Shown: positions 1 to 9,274 of the stretch, piece by piece | Numbering within the stretch: position 1 is the first letter of the stretch | Layout of the letters: each line of letters begins with the position of its first letter | Source: Bdellovibrionales bacterium | GTDB lineage: Bacteria; Bdellovibrionota; UBA1018 | Assembly: GCA_947380295.1 (NCBI GenBank) | Contig: CANCQK010000009.1 | Span: 37,460 to 101,459, forward strand | DNA length: 64,000 nucleotides | Direction of reading: 5' to 3' | Notes under the pieces: generated by a model | The model's database searches: none | Seen by the model: only the letters and a program-made list of their open reading frames with translations | Told to the model about the DNA's origin: nothing | Made by a program: the position numbers and the translations under genes

Positions 1-2
1 CC

Positions 3-170
3 CGCAATCAGGCTATTGTAAAGGCCAGGGAAGCTCGGATCGCCTTGGAGAAAGCCGCCAAGCATTTCGACTCAGTCGATGTAGAAATGACTAAAAATAC
101 GATCCATTCTGAAGCACTGGAATACTATCAAACCTTAAGAGGGCAAGCTAATAAGCGGCAACGTCGGTGA
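3..170 (+). CDS. C-terminal fragment of an unidentified protein; the ORF is open to the window edge
   Basis: The frame is open from position 3 to a TGA at 168-170 and the translation has coiled-coil character. I recognise no domain. Confidence 0.25.
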   Translation, partial: RNQAIVKAREARIALEKAAKHFDSVDVEMTKNTIHSEALEYYQTLRGQANKRQRR

Positions 171-203
171 TAGAAGCAGTAAGTAGAATAAAGGACGGAG
201 CCC

Positions 204-1055
204 CTAGGATGACATGGCCTGCTTCAAGTACTCTACGAATGCCGGACGCTGTTCGAAGGGGAGTCCGTGGCCTGCGTTGGCGAATTCGACAAACCTCACG
301 GAGGGGTAGTTTGCAAAGATTTTGCGTTCACTCTCAAACTCTTCATGGGTCCAGACGAGACTGTTTTGGCCGCGTAGGACGTGGATCGGGATATTCCGCT
401 CGGCGAGTTCTTTGACCCACTCGCGGACGGAGGCGTCTCGTGCAGCAATGATGGTTTGAATTAAAGCACTGTGATCGAATGGGAAGTGGACGCGATGAGA
501 GGCGTCACGGACTGAGACCGCCATCAAATACTGCGCAATCGATGGGTCAGGGCAGTAAGTCTGCATGAACTCACGTGCGGCTTCGCGATTTTCAAAACTC
601 TCGGGAAGAACTCGGATAAATTGAGCCAGTCCTTCGCCTAGGCCGCCGCCTGCAACGCCTGAGAAACCGAGGTCAATCAGCACGATCCCTTGGATCCAGT
701 CTGGGCGAAGGTGAGCTGCGGCAACAGCGGTACGAACGCCCATGGAGTGACCCACGAGCCAAGTCGGATGAAAATGGAGTTCGTCCAAAGTCTCGACGAC
801 ATCCTTTCCGTAGTCGAGGGGAGTATAACTGGGCTGAATTCTTCCACCTGGAAGATGGGGGATCTGACTCTTTCCATGTCCGCGCTGGTCTGGGGCGAGG
901 ATTTCGAATTGGTCTTCTAGTCCCGCAGCGATGGGCCTCCAGAGAGCTCCGGTGCCGCCCATGCCGTGGAGAAACACGATCTTGTTAGATTGAGGATTTG
1001 GTACGACCTGAGGGTGGGACTGAGGGCGGTGCCAAAGTTGGTAAGCCAATTTCAT
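204..1055 (-). CDS. alpha/beta-fold hydrolase
   Basis: 283 aa. It has an HGMGG oxyanion motif and a GHSMG nucleophile elbow. It overlaps the uvrA stop by 4 bp (ATGA), so the two are probably co-transcribed. Confidence 0.8.
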   Translation of the reverse strand: MKLAYQLWHRPQSHPQVVPNPQSNKIVFLHGMGGTGALWRPIAAGLEDQFEILAPDQRGHGKSQIPHLPGGRIQPSYTPLDYGKDVVETLDELHFHPTWLVGHSMGVRTAVAAAHLRPDWIQGIVLIDLGFSGVAGGGLGEGLAQFIRVLPESFENREAAREFMQTYCPDPSIAQYLMAVSVRDASHRVHFPFDHSALIQTIIAARDASVREWVKELAERNIPIHVLRGQNSLVWTHEEFESERKIFANYPSVRFVEFANAGHGLPFEQRPAFVEYLKQAMSS

Positions 1056-3940
1056 GCTAAAATTCCTAAATGTTCACGGAGCATTTTTCCGGTGATCGAT
1101 TGAGGATGAGCCATCAATCGCTCGGGTGATCCCTCGCCGATCAGATCACCTCCATGAGTCCCGCCTCCTGGGCCCAGGTCAATGACCCAGTCCGCTTGAG
1201 CAATTACATCGAGGTGATGCTCGATCATCACAACGCTGTGTTTAGCCTCGACCAGATCATGAAAAACACGCATTAATTTTTTCACGTCCTCAAGATGGAG
1301 TCCTGTGGTTGGTTCATCAAAAATATAGAGTAGATTTTGAGCGGTCTTATCATCGAGGGTGGCAGCGATTTTCAGACGCTGAGATTCTCCGCCTGAGAGC
1401 GTCGCTCCAGACTGACCTAATTGGAGGTAGCCAAGTCCGACATCTCTGAGGGCTCTTAGCTTTTTGACTAGCGCGGGTTGATCATGAAAAAGTTCAAGTG
1501 CTTCGTCTACTGTAGCTTGTAGCACTTGGTCAACGTTCTTGCCTCGGTAGGTGACTTCGAGGACGTTCTTTTTAAATCGCTTACCCTCGCACTCTTCGCA
1601 GGGGAGTTTTACTTCTGCCATAAAGTGCATATCCAGGGTAATTTCTCCCTCACCTTTACAAACTGGGCATCTGCCTCCGTCCACATTGAAGGAGAAGAAC
1701 TGAGGCGTGAACCCACGTCTGAGCGCCATGCTTTGGTTGGCGAAAAGCTTTCGGATCTCATCCCAAGCCTTGAGATAAGTCGCAGGGTTAGATCGGGAGC
1801 TTCGTCCAATAGCGGACTGGTCGAGCAAGACGACCCCTCCCAGCTGTTCTGCTCCATAGAGTCGGTCGTACCGACCTACCGGTTCTGTGGTCTGGTAAAA
1901 AAGCTTTGATAAAGCTTGGAATAGGACCTTGTGGACGAGTGTACTTTTGCCCGAGCCCGATACACCAGTGACTACGACTAAACGATCGAGTGGGATCTGA
2001 ACTTCGATGTTTTTGAGGTTGTTTTCCTGGCAACCTAGGAGCTTAATCCACCGCTTTGGAGCTGGGCGTGGTTTGGTCTCGCGAATGAGTTTACTGGTCC
2101 CGTCGAGGTACCTGCCCGTGAGTGATTCAGGGTTTTGTGTGAGTTCCTTGGCTGTTCCCTGGGCCACGAGTTGGCCTCCGTGCCGACCTGCTCCAGGGCC
2201 AAGCTCAACCAGCCAGTCTGCGGCCTTCATCATTTCGAGGTCGTGCTCGACTACGACCACGGAGTTGCCTTGGTCTCGCAGTCTTTGAAGCACTCGAATG
2301 AGTCGAGCGGTATCTGCAGCGTGCAGACCAATCGAAGGTTCGTCCAGTACATAAAGAGTTCCGCAGAGGCCATTGCCGAGTTGGGTGGCAAGATTGATCC
2401 GTTGGAACTCGCCCCCTGAGAGGGTCTTGGTTTGTCTCCCGAGTGTGAGGTAACCTACTCCTACTTCTTGGAGGAAATGAAGGCGTCGTTCGACCTGATT
2501 GAAAATCTCGCTCGCGATTTTTCGCTCTTTTGCCGAGAGAGTCAGATTCTTGATCCAATCACTGGCCTCATCTACCGAGGAGTTCAAAACGTCTGCAATG
2601 GATTTGCCGCCGACTTGCACGGCGAGTGCTTCGGGTTTGAGGCGCGAACCGTTACATTCTGTGCAGAGAGTTTGGCTTTGATAGCGACGGATGAAGACGC
2701 GGATATGAAGCTTGTATTTCCATCGTTTGAGTTCTTCAAAGCATTCAATGATCCCTGGAAAAGTTGAATCATTGGGGTCGCCCTGCCAGAGGAGTTTTTT
2801 CTCCGAAGTCGTGAGATCTCGGTATCTTTTTGCGATTGAGATGCCGTGCCGCTCGGCGAATCGAAAAAGGTCTCGTTGCCAGTCTGCGTGCGAGGGCTTG
2901 GAAAGGGGGTCTATCGCTCCTTTGGCGATCGTTTTTCCAGGGTCGGGGACGATGAGGGATTCATCCAAATCTAGGGTGAAGCCGAAGCCGCTACATTTTG
3001 AGCAGGCTCCGACCGGACTATTAAATGAAAAAAGGTGGGGCTCTGGCAGGCGGTGTTCTCGGCCGCAGTGAGTGCAGGCATAGCCGGCTTGAAAGGTTTG
3101 GGACGCATTTTCAATGCCTGGGGTCAAATCTAAAAAACGGACTTTCCCATGTCCGATATTTAGAGCTTGTTGAATTGAGTCCAAGAGGCGGCCTCGGGCA
3201 TCTTCGTCTAGGGATTCCTGACTGATTTTAAGGCGATCGACCACCAAAAAAATCTCAGACGAAGGGTCTAGTTCGAGGAGGTGTCCAGGCGGCCTCTCGT
3301 CGAGATCCAGAACCTCTGGCTCGCCTTGCTTCGGCTGGATCAAAAGACGTTGGTAGCCTTGCTCTTTGAGTGTTTGAATCAGGGCTTCGGTTAATGCTTG
3401 GGTTTGACTCGGCTTGGCTTTGGCCTTTGTTTTTTTTGAGGTTTTGGCCTTCGTATCTTGGGGCTGCAATCCAAAGAGTGGCGCTAGGATATAAGCTTTT
3501 CGTTTGGGAATCCAAGTCTTAGCCCATTCTAGGATGCTTTGTGAGTTGACCGGTTGTACTGACTGTCTACAATTTAGACAGTGGGTCTGTCCGATTTTCG
3601 CAAAAAGGATTCGTAGGTAATCGACTAGTTCAGTTTGTGTTGCAACCGTGCTCCGCGAATTGAGAACCGAGTTTTTTTGCTCCAAGGCGATCGACGGCGG
3701 AATATTCTCGACTGAGTCTAAGTCAGGCTTCGGCATTTTCTCAAGGAATTGGCGGGTGTACGTCGATAGGCTCTCGACGTACCGTCTTTGTCCTTCGGCA
3801 TAAAGCGTATCGAAGGCGAGTGAGCTCTTTCCGCTTCCTGAAAGTCCGGTGATGACCGAAAGCTTTCGAAATGGAAATTCAACGGTAATTGCTTTCAAAT
3901 TGTTCTGTCGAACTCGGTTCAAACGGATGGATCGTTGCAT
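1052..3940 (-). CDS. uvrA: excinuclease ABC subunit UvrA
   Basis: 962 aa. The N-terminus reads ...LSVITGLSGSGKSSLAFDTLYAEGQRRYVESLSTYTRQFL. It has two ABC ATPase modules, a zinc-finger CxxC pair, and two LSGGE/Q signature motifs. Confidence 0.97.
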   Translation of the reverse strand: MQRSIRLNRVRQNNLKAITVEFPFRKLSVITGLSGSGKSSLAFDTLYAEGQRRYVESLSTYTRQFLEKMPKPDLDSVENIPPSIALEQKNSVLNSRSTVATQTELVDYLRILFAKIGQTHCLNCRQSVQPVNSQSILEWAKTWIPKRKAYILAPLFGLQPQDTKAKTSKKTKAKAKPSQTQALTEALIQTLKEQGYQRLLIQPKQGEPEVLDLDERPPGHLLELDPSSEIFLVVDRLKISQESLDEDARGRLLDSIQQALNIGHGKVRFLDLTPGIENASQTFQAGYACTHCGREHRLPEPHLFSFNSPVGACSKCSGFGFTLDLDESLIVPDPGKTIAKGAIDPLSKPSHADWQRDLFRFAERHGISIAKRYRDLTTSEKKLLWQGDPNDSTFPGIIECFEELKRWKYKLHIRVFIRRYQSQTLCTECNGSRLKPEALAVQVGGKSIADVLNSSVDEASDWIKNLTLSAKERKIASEIFNQVERRLHFLQEVGVGYLTLGRQTKTLSGGEFQRINLATQLGNGLCGTLYVLDEPSIGLHAADTARLIRVLQRLRDQGNSVVVVEHDLEMMKAADWLVELGPGAGRHGGQLVAQGTAKELTQNPESLTGRYLDGTSKLIRETKPRPAPKRWIKLLGCQENNLKNIEVQIPLDRLVVVTGVSGSGKSTLVHKVLFQALSKLFYQTTEPVGRYDRLYGAEQLGGVVLLDQSAIGRSSRSNPATYLKAWDEIRKLFANQSMALRRGFTPQFFSFNVDGGRCPVCKGEGEITLDMHFMAEVKLPCEECEGKRFKKNVLEVTYRGKNVDQVLQATVDEALELFHDQPALVKKLRALRDVGLGYLQLGQSGATLSGGESQRLKIAATLDDKTAQNLLYIFDEPTTGLHLEDVKKLMRVFHDLVEAKHSVVMIEHHLDVIAQADWVIDLGPGGGTHGGDLIGEGSPERLMAHPQSITGKMLREHLGILA

Positions 3941-3962
3941 GATTGTCTAGAGGTTTGTCAGA

Positions 3963-3979
3963 TGTCTAAAAGTTAGACA
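3963..3979. promoter_or_regulatory. 17-bp perfect palindrome TGTCTAaaagtTAGACA in the uvrA 5' leader; candidate operator
   Basis: Read directly from the sequence. It lies 23-40 nt upstream of the uvrA start codon, and a second copy with the same half-sites sits at 3558-3576. Confidence 0.4.
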
Positions 3980-4190
3980 AGTTCCAAATCAGTTTTCTGG
4001 TCACTTGAAAATCAAAGTCTTTAAAAATCAGAGTGTTACCTGGGTAACTGAGGTTGGCACTGCTCTTGCTCATGCAGCCGGGCCTAGAGCATTGAAGCTC
4101 GGGTAGGAGCACGCTGGACCAGACGTCTAGCAGGCTCCTTTTAATATTAGGATAATTTTTAAGACTTGAGTAGTAAAGCGAGGAATAACC

Positions 4191-4463
4191 ATGCAGAAAT
4201 TCATCTATTTTTGTGGTGGATTGATGATTGGCGTAATGATTTTATCGATCTCTAAAGCATCCGTACCTCCTGCTGGTGCTGCTATTGATCAGCGACTTTC
4301 TGAAATTCGGGTTCCGAAAGAAGGAAAGATCGACTTCGATGCAAGTATCAAGGAGTTGAGTCAGGAAGAAAGTCGATTCAAAGAGAAGCTCCCAACCTTC
4401 AGAGACTCGTCGCGTCTCGAAGGTCCAATGAAGCGAATTGCCGCGAAAAAATACCGGCACTAG
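4191..4463 (+). CDS. small secreted hypothetical protein
   Basis: 90 aa with an N-terminal hydrophobic signal-like segment. I recognise no domain. Confidence 0.4.
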   Translation: MQKFIYFCGGLMIGVMILSISKASVPPAGAAIDQRLSEIRVPKEGKIDFDASIKELSQEESRFKEKLPTFRDSSRLEGPMKRIAAKKYRH

Positions 4464-4586
4464 CTTCTATTAATCGTGAGTGAGTAGGCGATTCAGCGGC
4501 TCTTCTGAAGGCTAATTCTTGGCTGACAAGAAGCTAGTCCTTACTCGCTCACGACTAAAAATTTAACGACAGATTTCTGGAAGAAT

Positions 4587-5243
4587 TTGCTCAACTGGTT
4601 TAGAAGCACTTCAGAAATGAGAAATTTCCTAAGAAGTTTTACAGCACGGGTGGTTTATTTTTTTGGGTTTGCTGTTTTTTCGATGAATATCGATCTTGCA
4701 GCTCGAACGCAAGGTCAGGCGTTTGCAATGGAACGTGAAGGGGGTGCTGAGCACGGGAATCAGTCAGAAATTGATCCTCAGCTCGGGCCTAGTCGGATTT
4801 TTAAGGAACTGGGGGCGACGTTTGATACCCCTTCGTGGGCTGAAAAAAGGCAAACTTTGGTTTGGAGTGGGGTTGCCCCTGCTTGGATGACTCAACCGGA
4901 AGCTCACCAGTTTTGCATAAATCGTGGCGGTCGCCTGCCGTCCCGAGAGGATTTTTGGGCGCTGATGCGATATTTAGGGATAAGTGACCCTGAGCACGAA
5001 CACAGCTCCGATGGTGGGCTATTTTTAGCCAGTTATAAAAGTCATTTGATGCCGACTGTTGGTGACAACTGGTATTGGTCAAGCTCGGAACTCTCTGAAT
5101 CACGGGAGTTCGCCTATACTTTTTACAGCCCAGGTGGCTCGATCGGTTTAGCAGATTTGAGACGTAGGCTTGCCGTTCGATGTGTCTATGATCTCTGGCA
5201 GAAAACTAAGCGACGACATTTAGAGCCTGAACTCATCCCGTAA
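4587..5243 (+). CDS. secreted DUF1566-like (Lcl C-terminal domain) protein
   Basis: It has a signal/TM segment and a C-terminal region ...NWYWSSSE...FYSPGGSIG... that resembles DUF1566. The true start may be the second Met at 4617. Confidence 0.5.
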   Translation: MLNWFRSTSEMRNFLRSFTARVVYFFGFAVFSMNIDLAARTQGQAFAMEREGGAEHGNQSEIDPQLGPSRIFKELGATFDTPSWAEKRQTLVWSGVAPAWMTQPEAHQFCINRGGRLPSREDFWALMRYLGISDPEHEHSSDGGLFLASYKSHLMPTVGDNWYWSSSELSESREFAYTFYSPGGSIGLADLRRRLAVRCVYDLWQKTKRRHLEPELIP

Positions 5244-5245
5244 CC

Positions 5246-6112
5246 TTAATAGGTCGGTGGTAAGCCGATCGCGAGCTTGACAGCTAAGTACTCAGGATGA
5301 GGGGCGCCTGAGCTTGTTCTGATAGTCAGCGGCGGCTCTGCCCACGTCTGGTTGCGAAAGTGCTCGGGCAAGTGCTCGGATAAGACCATCGCAAACAGTC
5401 CAATGAGGGGTTTTTCGCCTTCTTTAAAAACAATATCTCGTCGACGGATGATTGAGAGTCCTGCCGCTTGAGCCGCGTCGAGGACTCGTTGATTCTGTTC
5501 GTCTGGGTTGACGGGGAAAACACAGGCAAATACGCCGCCCCAGTTGAGGTGGCGAGAAGCGGTTTGACAATAGTCGGCGATGGTACCGCGAACCTCAAAT
5601 CGACAAGCTACTTTCTGCGGGTGGTCGCCCAGAATCCCTGCATCGAGGGGGAAATAAGGTGGGCTGCCTAAGATCAGGTCAAATTTTTCATCTGCGCGCA
5701 GAATATTGGGATCCCGTAAATCTCCGTGGCGGATTTCGTAGCGACTTTCGAGTTGGTTGAATTTCGCCGATTTTCGAGCTAGTTGAACACTGATGTCTTG
5801 TGCTTCAATCGTCACGAATTGAGCGCCTTGGAGTCTCCATGCGGCGGTCATACCAACTGATCCAATTCCGCTCCCTAGGTCAAGGACGCGACTTGCACTC
5901 GGACACCAAGTGGTTCCGTACCAAGCTGCGAGGACATCGTCGGTTGAGTAGCGATGTCCTTTTTTGAGCTGGAAAATACGGTAGTGTCCCGATAAGGCGT
6001 CTAAAGTCTCGTCCGGAGTCGCTTGAAGAAGCGGGTCAGTAGAGGGTTCGATTACGGGTCCAGGCTTGGCCCAGCCTTTGAAATAGGGAGATGAGTTAAA
6101 TTCAGGTTTCAC
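5246..6112 (-). CDS. class I SAM-dependent methyltransferase with an xPPY motif, of the N6-adenine/N5-glutamine methyltransferase type
   Basis: It carries a DLGSGIGSVG SAM-binding motif and LILGSPPYF, which matches the (D/N/S)PPY motif. It is divergent from the desaturase gene. Confidence 0.7.
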   Translation of the reverse strand: MKPEFNSSPYFKGWAKPGPVIEPSTDPLLQATPDETLDALSGHYRIFQLKKGHRYSTDDVLAAWYGTTWCPSASRVLDLGSGIGSVGMTAAWRLQGAQFVTIEAQDISVQLARKSAKFNQLESRYEIRHGDLRDPNILRADEKFDLILGSPPYFPLDAGILGDHPQKVACRFEVRGTIADYCQTASRHLNWGGVFACVFPVNPDEQNQRVLDAAQAAGLSIIRRRDIVFKEGEKPLIGLFAMVLSEHLPEHFRNQTWAEPPLTIRTSSGAPHPEYLAVKLAIGLPPTY

Positions 6113-6190
6113 GTTTGGTTCTTTCGTTTTTTAAAATCGCATTATACTATTGTTCGCAGAATTAGTAAAAACTGTTTTTCAACTAAGATT

Positions 6191-7234
6191 GTGAGGGTTT
6201 CTTCTGTGAGCGCAGCAAATAGACAGTCTTTCAAAATGATTCAGGTAGATTACCCTGAACCCCACTTGGCAAGAACCCAGCAAATTCTAAAAAATCATCC
6301 AGAAGTCAAAAAGTTAATCGGAAACACTCCTTCGACCTCCTTGTATATTTTGGGGATTGTAGCGCTTCAAATTGCCTGCGCAGTGTTTTTTGCAGATCAA
6401 CCCTGGTGGTTGATTCTGCTCGGGACCTACACGGTTGGAGCGGTTGCTAATCATGCCCTTTGGGTTTTGATTCATGAATGCACACACAATCTCGTCTTCA
6501 AGGGCGATCTAGCTAATAGTTTGATGCAGATCTTTGCTAATCTGCCGATTATTTTTCCTTCTGCAATTTCGTTCCGGATTTTTCACATTAAGCACCACCT
6601 TTATCAAGGTGAGTTGGACCGCGACGCGGATTTGCCAAGGCCATTCGAAGTTCAGTCGGTGGGGAACTCGACCCTTAAAAAGTCCCTGTGGTATCTTTGT
6701 TATTTTGTGTCTCAGCTGATTCGAGTTCCCTACTTGAAGGGGATTGAGTTAGTGAATCGCTGGGTTGCTTTGAACTACGTGGTTGAGCTCTCTTTCTTGT
6801 TTGCAATGACTTACTTTTTTGGCTGGGGTGCTTTGGCTTACTTGATTGGTTCAAGTGTATTTTCAATCGGCTTGCATCCCGTGGGTGCTCGTTGGATTCA
6901 AGAGCATTACGTTCTTTTTCAAAAGCAGGAAACTTACTCTTACTATGGACCTCTCAATCGCTTAGCATTCAACGTGGGGTATCATAACGAGCATCACGAC
7001 ATGATGCGGGTCCCATGGTCCCGACTTCCCCAGTTAAAGGCGTTAGCGCCAGAGATGTATGATACTCTTTTTTATCATACATCTTGGTCTAAGCTCTTGT
7101 TTCAGTTCTTAACTGATCCAAAATTAGGGCTTTTCAGCCGTGTGACTCGCTTACCAGCAACGCGATCGAAGGAAACATCTAAGCCCGCGCAGAGATCAGC
7201 GCCATCTGAGCGAGTCCTTCAGCCTCAACTCTAG
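6191..7234 (+). CDS. sphingolipid (dihydroceramide) delta-4 desaturase, DEGS1-like
   Basis: The N-terminal YPEPH...IL..HPEVKKL segment matches the Lipid_DES region. The three histidine boxes HECTHN, HIKHHLYQG and HNEHHD align with human DES1 (HEIAHN, HMDHHRYLG, HNEHHD). The start is a GTG at 6191; an ATG at 6236 is the alternative. Confidence 0.85.
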   Translation: MRVSSVSAANRQSFKMIQVDYPEPHLARTQQILKNHPEVKKLIGNTPSTSLYILGIVALQIACAVFFADQPWWLILLGTYTVGAVANHALWVLIHECTHNLVFKGDLANSLMQIFANLPIIFPSAISFRIFHIKHHLYQGELDRDADLPRPFEVQSVGNSTLKKSLWYLCYFVSQLIRVPYLKGIELVNRWVALNYVVELSFLFAMTYFFGWGALAYLIGSSVFSIGLHPVGARWIQEHYVLFQKQETYSYYGPLNRLAFNVGYHNEHHDMMRVPWSRLPQLKALAPEMYDTLFYHTSWSKLLFQFLTDPKLGLFSRVTRLPATRSKETSKPAQRSAPSERVLQPQL

Positions 7235-7277
7235 CGAGTCGCTGGCGAAGCAGCGAGTGATCTGGTATTGATGCGAT

Positions 7278-9200
7278 GTGATTCACATCCAAAATATCAG
7301 TAAGCAGTACGGTTCTAAGGTTCTTTTAGAGGGAGCGAGCGCTCAATTAGGGCATCGCTCCCGTGTTGCTTTAATCGGTCCAAATGGAGCCGGTAAAAGT
7401 ACTTTGATCCGGATGCTTTTAAGCCAGGAAGCACCAGACGACGGCAAAATTACCCGAGCTTCCCACCTAGCGATCGGCTACCTGGCTCAGGATCTCCCTC
7501 GGCTGAGCGGAAAAACAGTGCTGTCCGAAGTGATGCGGATGGACGGGCGGCGAGAAGAGCTTTTTGAGACAAAAGAAGAGCTTGAATTAGCCTTATCCGA
7601 AAATCCCCACGATGCAGAGGTGTTAGAACGCTATGGCCGAATCCTAGAGGAAGTAGAGCACCTGGATGAAGCCCGTTTAGAAGCTCGAGCCAAGCAAATT
7701 TTAAGCGGAATTGGATTCCAAGAACGGGACTATGATCGCGAGCTGACTGAGTTTAGCGGCGGCTGGTTGATGCGTGTCGCGCTTGCGCGAATTCTACTCA
7801 TGGACCCTGATCTTCTACTTTTAGATGAACCCACCAATCACCTAGATTTAGAGTCTCTGCTTTGGCTCGAAAATTTTCTGAGGCGCTTTCGGGGCGCTCT
7901 GCTCATGATCAGTCATGATCGAGCGTTTCTTAATCGTCTCGTCGAGGAGGTTTGGGAAATTGACCAGAGCCAGTTGATTTCTTATCGGGGGGACCTCGAT
8001 TCGTATCGTGCGCAGAAGGCCGAGCGTTTGGCTGTGTTGGAAGCACAGTACGAAGGCCAGCAGTCTAAAATCGCCGAAATTGAGAAGTTTGTCGCTCGCT
8101 TTGGAGCAAAAGCAACGAAAGCGCGCCAGGCACAGAGCCGGTTAAAACAGCTCGATAAAATGGACCTCATCGAGCTGCCTGAGGCAAGGTCGTCGATTCG
8201 ATTTCGGTTTCCGCCTGCACCTGACAGTGGACGAGAAGTCATCAGTCTTCAAGGGTTGGGAATGAACTATGGGGATCATCTGATTTTCAAGGACGTCAAT
8301 TGGACCCTTCAGAGGGGTTCGAGAGTGGCTATTGTGGGCGTCAACGGAGCAGGCAAGACTACGCTTCTTAAGCTCCTGACCGGAAAGGCCAGTCCCACTC
8401 AGGGGCGAGTCAAGCTTGGACATGGAGTTCAGGTGGGTTATTACGCCCAGCTTCAGGCAGAGAGTTTGGATTTAAAAAAGACAATCCTTCAAGAATTAGA
8501 AGCGGTGGCTCCCGAAATGCCGATGAGTCAAGTTCGCGGGATCGCGGGCGCATTTTTATTTTCGGGTGATCAAGTTGAGAAGAAATGTGGTGTGCTGTCG
8601 GGAGGCGAAAAAGCTCGTGTGGCCTTAGCTAAGCTCCTGCTATCCCCCTCAAACTTTCTGATTCTCGATGAGCCCACCAATCACCTGGATATCGAGTCCA
8701 AAGAAATCTTGCTCGAAGCCCTCAGAAACTATAGTGGTACTCTCTGTATTGTCTCTCATGATCGGGAGTTTATGGGGCCTTTGGTGGATTCGGTTCTTGA
8801 GCTAGTGCCGAGTTCCACGCGTGCACAGGGGACCCAAATCATTCAGCTTTTGGGAGCCTATGATGATTACCTGCGAAAGAAGCAGGAGCAGATCCTAGCT
8901 GCCGAACCTGCTGAGTCCCGATCCACGAAGATTGCCCCCGCTCCGGATTCTAAAGAAAATAAGGGTCCATCAAATAATCAGATTAAGAGCTGGGAGCGAG
9001 AAATGCTCAAAATCGAAGGAGAGATTTCGAAACTCGAGCTTCGCCAGCAAGATCTTCATCAAGTTCTTGGGGATGTGGCTACCTACCAAGATAAAGCCCG
9101 ATCTTTTCAGTTAATTGAGGAGCAAAAGGGATTAGAGCAAAGTTTGACTGAAAAGCTTGCACGCTGGGAAGAATTGAGTCTGCTTCTAGAGAAGGCCTGA
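7278..9200 (+). CDS. ABC-F family ATPase (Uup/EttA-like, tandem ABC domains, no TM)
   Basis: It has two Walker A motifs (GPNGAGKST and GVNGAGKTT), two signature motifs (FSGGWLMRVALA and LSGGEKARVALA), and a C-terminal coiled coil as in Uup. Confidence 0.9.
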   Translation: MIHIQNISKQYGSKVLLEGASAQLGHRSRVALIGPNGAGKSTLIRMLLSQEAPDDGKITRASHLAIGYLAQDLPRLSGKTVLSEVMRMDGRREELFETKEELELALSENPHDAEVLERYGRILEEVEHLDEARLEARAKQILSGIGFQERDYDRELTEFSGGWLMRVALARILLMDPDLLLLDEPTNHLDLESLLWLENFLRRFRGALLMISHDRAFLNRLVEEVWEIDQSQLISYRGDLDSYRAQKAERLAVLEAQYEGQQSKIAEIEKFVARFGAKATKARQAQSRLKQLDKMDLIELPEARSSIRFRFPPAPDSGREVISLQGLGMNYGDHLIFKDVNWTLQRGSRVAIVGVNGAGKTTLLKLLTGKASPTQGRVKLGHGVQVGYYAQLQAESLDLKKTILQELEAVAPEMPMSQVRGIAGAFLFSGDQVEKKCGVLSGGEKARVALAKLLLSPSNFLILDEPTNHLDIESKEILLEALRNYSGTLCIVSHDREFMGPLVDSVLELVPSSTRAQGTQIIQLLGAYDDYLRKKQEQILAAEPAESRSTKIAPAPDSKENKGPSNNQIKSWEREMLKIEGEISKLELRQQDLHQVLGDVATYQDKARSFQLIEEQKGLEQSLTEKLARWEELSLLLEKA

Positions 9201-9274
9201 CAAAAACCTAACGCTTTTTTTATTTATTGCAGAATCCTTTTAGGGGAAGATGGATGAAAAGAGCGAGGTAAAGT

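Noticed and set aside
1526-3515. Multiple ORFs of 60-127 aa antisense to or overlapping uvrA (e.g. 1526..1909, 2007..2288, 2432..2767, 3255..3515)
   Set aside because: They lie entirely inside the strongly supported uvrA CDS, on the opposite strand or in another frame, and none shows a recognisable domain.
3558-3979. Possible LexA/SOS box upstream of uvrA
   Set aside because: TGTCTA-N5-TAGACA does not match the E. coli CTGT-N8-ACAG box or the TTAC-N3-GTAA box reported for Bdellovibrio LexA. I kept it only as an unassigned operator candidate.
9201-9274. Possible terminator hairpin between the ABC-F and GT21 genes (aaaaacctaacgcttttttt)
   Set aside because: It has no convincing stem, only A/T runs.
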